DNA of 46,785 nucleotides, taken from an uncultured Verrucomicrobiota bacterium (lineage in GTDB: Bacteria; Verrucomicrobiota; Kiritimatiellia; CAIQIC01; Lenti-01). Made by a program: the position numbers and the translations under genes. Location of the stretch: assembly GCA_964397035.1 (NCBI GenBank), contig CAYNHA010000204.1, positions 1-46,785 of the forward strand, written 5' to 3'. Numbering within the stretch: position 1 is the stretch's first letter; every line of letters starts with the position of its first letter. Of this stretch, positions 43,595-46,785 are shown piece by piece. The notes beneath the pieces were generated by a model. It made no database searches. It saw nothing but the letters and a program-made list of their open reading frames with translations, and had not been told where the DNA came from.

Positions 43595-44083
43595 ATGGAA
43601 CCGATCGCCTTGCAGTTGCGAAAAGTGGGTCCGCAGGACCAAAGACGGATCTGGGAATGGGTGAACGACCCCGTCATGCTGGGATTCGCCTTCCAGACGC
43701 ATGATCCGGTGCCGTGGGAGAATCATTGCAAGTGGTTTGCCGGAACCTTGGCGGGCCAGAAGCGGACGCAATATGTGGCGGAAACGGCTGATGGAACGCC
43801 GGTGGGGCAGATTCGCTTTGAGCCGAACGAGGGGGAACCGGTTGTTTCGGTGTATCTGGCGACGGAATTCCGCGGAAAAGGGCTTGCACCGGGGCTGATT
43901 CGCATGGGGACGGAGCAATTCTGCGCGGAAAAAGGGGCGACGGTTGTTTTGGCGTGGATCAAGCCGGAAAACGAGGCTTCGCGGCGCTCCTTTTTGAAGG
44001 CGGGCTATGGGGAGGCGGAGCTGATGGAGTTTGCGGGCCAGCCGGCATGGCGCCTGGTTTATCGTCCGCCCCGGAACGGATAA
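43595..44083 (+). CDS. GNAT-family N-acetyltransferase
   Basis: VGQIRFEP...VYLATEFRGKGLAPGLI...NEASRRSFLKAGY fits acetyl-CoA binding motif A. Confidence 0.8.
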   Translation: MEPIALQLRKVGPQDQRRIWEWVNDPVMLGFAFQTHDPVPWENHCKWFAGTLAGQKRTQYVAETADGTPVGQIRFEPNEGEPVVSVYLATEFRGKGLAPGLIRMGTEQFCAEKGATVVLAWIKPENEASRRSFLKAGYGEAELMEFAGQPAWRLVYRPPRNG

Positions 44084-44131
44084 GGACACTTCCCGGACGA
44101 ATCCGGTGCCGACGGCATAGCTGGAAAAGGT

Positions 44132-45298
44132 TTAGCCGATCGGCAAGGTGATGATAAAGCGGGCACCCCCTTCGGAGCGGTTCTGCACTTGGAGATCGCC
44201 GCCGTGGTCCTGGATAATGCCTCGGCTGATGGACAGGCCCAAACCCGTCCCCTTTTCACCTTTGGAGGTGTAAAAAGCATCCCAGATGGCGTCCAGCTTG
44301 GCGGGTGGTATTCCGGTCCCGTTGTCGTCCAGAGTTAGGCGAACCTGGTTGGCGATGCGTTCAACGGAAATCCCGATGAGGCCATCGTTCCCGGATTCCT
44401 CGATGGCGTCGACTGCGTTGTTGATCAAATTGACCAAGACCTGCTCGATTTGCTGGGGCCGCATGCGCACGGGTGGCAGATCCGGACTGAAGCGGGTGGT
44501 CACCGTTGCCCGATTCTTGAGCTTGTAGGAGCAGAGCTTGAGAGCGTTTTCCACGGACGCGCCAAGCGAGGCGGGCTTGCTGTGTTCGTCGTCGCGCTTG
44601 GCGTAGCCCTTCATGCCGGCCACGATGCGGGCGATGCGATCGGTATCGTCCAGAATGGCTTGAAGATAGGCACCGCCGGTCTGGATATATTCCCAGAATG
44701 CCGCCGGGGCATTGGCAAGGGCGGCCGGCGTGTCGTGCGCCGGGAGGGACTTGAAAGAACGCAGCAACATATCGGCGTGCATCATGATGCACGTGAGTGG
44801 ATTGTTGATTTCGTGGGCGATGCCGGCCGCCAGGGTTCCGAGCGTGGCCAATCGTTCCGAATGGACGAGTTGGCGGGCTCGCGCTTCGGCCAAGGCTTCG
44901 AGGTGATCGCGGTGGCGCTTCAGCTCGAGATGGGTTTTCACCCGGGCGCGGACGATGGACGGGCAGAAGGGCTTGGTGATGTAGTCCGCGCCACCCACTT
45001 CAAATCCGCACGACTCCTCTTCCTCCGCGTCGAGGGTCGTGCAAAATATGACTGGAACATTTTTGAGAGTGGGGTCGGACCGTGCCTGGCGGCAGACGTC
45101 GTATCCGTTGATCTCCGGCATGTTGATATCAAGCAGCATCAAGTCGGGCGGGTTGGACCGGGCCCGTTCGAGCGCTTCCACGCCGTTTTTGGCAACGGTG
45201 ATTTCGCCCAGGTCCCGCAGGGTCTCGATCAGGGCGCGGAGGTTGGCGGGCTCGTCATCGGCAACGAGGAGACGGCAGGTCGGATTCGTGGATTTCAT
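44132..45298 (-). CDS. cytoplasmic receiver-histidine kinase (REC-HisKA-HATPase_c, no sensor or TM region)
   Basis: The REC domain has LLVADDEP...LMLLDINMP...ITKP. The H-box is AAGIAHEINNPL. The N, G1 and G2 boxes are NLINNAVDA, DNGTGI and GTGLGLS. Confidence 0.88.
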   Translation of the reverse strand: MKSTNPTCRLLVADDEPANLRALIETLRDLGEITVAKNGVEALERARSNPPDLMLLDINMPEINGYDVCRQARSDPTLKNVPVIFCTTLDAEEEESCGFEVGGADYITKPFCPSIVRARVKTHLELKRHRDHLEALAEARARQLVHSERLATLGTLAAGIAHEINNPLTCIMMHADMLLRSFKSLPAHDTPAALANAPAAFWEYIQTGGAYLQAILDDTDRIARIVAGMKGYAKRDDEHSKPASLGASVENALKLCSYKLKNRATVTTRFSPDLPPVRMRPQQIEQVLVNLINNAVDAIEESGNDGLIGISVERIANQVRLTLDDNGTGIPPAKLDAIWDAFYTSKGEKGTGLGLSISRGIIQDHGGDLQVQNRSEGGARFIITLPIG

Positions 45299-45311
45299 GT
45301 GTGTGTTCCAT

Positions 45312-46785
45312 TCACGGTTTTGGAGTTTCGTTTTGCGCGGGGCGCGAAAACGCCCACTGCTCGATCAGATTTGCGGTTTGGCCCAGGTCGAACGAATCGG
45401 AAGTTTGGCGCAGGCGCAGAATCTCTTGCTCGCCAAGTCCGGCTTGCCGCAGGTGGGGCAACAGGTTTTCGAGTTGGTCCAGGCCTTCCGTGTTGCCATT
45501 TCGGAGAAGCGGGATGATGCGTCCGCAGGCTTCCACAATGGTCGCAGGCGGCGTACCGGATGAACTTGTGCCGTTTGGCGGCGAGGGCGATGGAGATTCC
45601 GCCAGAAGCTGGCGAAGGGCACTGAAAGCGACTTCGAAGGAGGCCAATAGTTCGGCGGCCTGGCTCCATCGTTCCTGCCGGAGGCAAAGGTCGATCTCGC
45701 GGGCGATTCGATGGATATGCAGGGCTCCCAGATTGGCCGCGCTGCCCTTGACGCTGTGTGCCAGATCCCTTGCCCGGGCCAAGTCGCCGGAGCGAATGGC
45801 CTCATCCATGCGCTGGGCATCGTCCCGATGTTCGGCGAGGAATTGATCAAGAAGCCTGCGATGGAGCGGTCGGTTGCCACGCAGGCGTTCCAAGGCGGCG
45901 GCCTCGTCCAGCACAGTGTCTGAGCATGCCGCAATGGACGGGGATGGGGGTGGCGGGGGGAGTCCCTCGACCGCGGAAAGCGGCGACAGATGGTAGACCA
46001 GCGTCTCCAAGAACACGTTTCGATCAAGGGGCTTTTCGATGTATCCATCCATGCCGCATTCCTTGCACCGGTCTTCGTCTTCCTTCCGTGCATGCGCGGT
46101 CATGGCGACGATCGGTGTTCGGGGGCGTTTGGTTGTGCCAGCCTTTTCCAGTTCGCGGATTCTTCGCGTGGCCTCGCAACCGTCCATCACCGGCATTTGC
46201 ACATCCATGAGGATGAGGCCCCATTCCGCGGTTCTGGCTTTCTCAACGGCTTCTAGTCCGTTTTGGGCGGTTTCGACGATCATGCCGAATTCAGTCATGT
46301 TCTCCATGGCGATTTCCCGGTTGATGGAGTTGTCGTCCACGAGAAGCACTCGGGCATTCCGGAGAACGGGAGCATGAATCGGCATTTCGGTGGACGGAAG
46401 ACCAGGTGTCGCCAACGGATGGGGTTTGTATCCCCAGGCGGCCAGCAAGGCATGGTGAAGCTTCGAAAACGTCAGCGGTGTTTCCAGGCGCTGGATGGAT
46501 GGAGAGTCCTTGCCGTTCCAAATGGGGTTGGATGACTGCGGATCGAGAAGGAGGACCAACGGAATGGAACCGTCGAGCACGGCAGCCCAATCGTCGCCGA
46601 TTTCCGTGCGGGCGACGTCCAGAATGACGAGATCGGCCGCGGCCAGGCATTCCGCGGCCAGAGGAGCGGTTGCCGGTTGGGGGTTCAGCTTCAGCGTCCG
46701 GCACATCCGTTCCACTGCGGTCCTTGTGACGGAGGCGTCGCCCACGAGGAGCACGGTCTTTCCCGGCCAATCCCCGGGCTGTACG
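45312..46785 (-). CDS. phosphorelay protein: REC-like, canonical REC, HPt and a C-terminal extension; N-terminus outside the window (probably a hybrid sensor kinase)
   Basis: The frame is open to the window edge. The second REC has VLLVDDNSINREI...LILMDVQMPVMDG...IEKPLD. The HPt motif is HSVKGSAANLG. Confidence 0.8.
   Translation of the reverse strand, partial: VQPGDWPGKTVLLVGDASVTRTAVERMCRTLKLNPQPATAPLAAECLAAADLVILDVARTEIGDDWAAVLDGSIPLVLLLDPQSSNPIWNGKDSPSIQRLETPLTFSKLHHALLAAWGYKPHPLATPGLPSTEMPIHAPVLRNARVLLVDDNSINREIAMENMTEFGMIVETAQNGLEAVEKARTAEWGLILMDVQMPVMDGCEATRRIRELEKAGTTKRPRTPIVAMTAHARKEDEDRCKECGMDGYIEKPLDRNVFLETLVYHLSPLSAVEGLPPPPPSPSIAACSDTVLDEAAALERLRGNRPLHRRLLDQFLAEHRDDAQRMDEAIRSGDLARARDLAHSVKGSAANLGALHIHRIAREIDLCLRQERWSQAAELLASFEVAFSALRQLLAESPSPSPPNGTSSSGTPPATIVEACGRIIPLLRNGNTEGLDQLENLLPHLRQAGLGEQEILRLRQTSDSFDLGQTANLIEQWAFSRPAQNETPKP

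Overview
GC-rich bacterial chromosomal segment, about 85-90% coding and dominated by housekeeping genes. No rRNA, tRNA, CRISPR array, transposase or integrase was seen by eye. The lineage cannot be fixed from sequence alone; the AKK-repeat histone-like mini-protein, tight 4-nt gene overlaps and a dispersed TTTTCCACA-N-TGTGGAAAA palindrome vaguely suggest a PVC-type organism.

Recognisable genes, left to right:
- yicC (3' part), gmk, separate coaC and coaB, an unlisted 40-aa Lys/Ala-repeat basic protein, and a NifU-like protein.
- A DEDDh exonuclease (-), ugd (-), an RRM RNA-binding protein, a Zn-ribbon::PTS-EIIA(Ntr)-like fusion, and aroK.
- Two peptide-type ABC permeases.
- leuA, preceded by an attenuator-like leader.
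- A KTSC protein (-) and a clan-CD (gingipain-like) peptidase homolog (-).
- An amino-acid ABC importer (binding protein, permease, ATPase) and nudC.
- A 1725-aa exonuclease-like/RecQ/UvrD fusion helicase.
- An MBL-fold hydrolase (-) and two peptide-type ABC ATPases.
- An O-antigen-ligase-like protein, a GT2 glycosyltransferase, a THUMP RNA methyltransferase, a polysaccharide deacetylase, and dus.
- A 560-aa secreted protein of unknown function.
- rpoN, a class IV aminotransferase, and a TolC/MFP/RND efflux operon with a small trailing gene.
- fcl (-), a thrC-type threonine synthase, a GNAT acetyltransferase, and a two-gene phosphorelay (-) that runs off the right edge.

The most unusual content:
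1. The giant three-enzyme helicase. A 32-bp perfect direct repeat duplicates its 3' end 144 bp downstream.
2. A roughly 180-nt rod-shaped structured RNA candidate (6S-like) directly upstream of rpoN. It sits behind a 30-bp AT-rich element that recurs 28/30 identical upstream of thrC.
3. A 19-bp palindrome family that always occurs as 22-bp-phased pairs. One four-copy cluster is embedded in frame in an ABC permease gene.
4. Twin 30-bp palindromes after the permease operon.
5. A classical-looking Leu attenuator before leuA.

All functional calls rest on motif recognition by eye and need HMM, BLAST or covariance-model confirmation.
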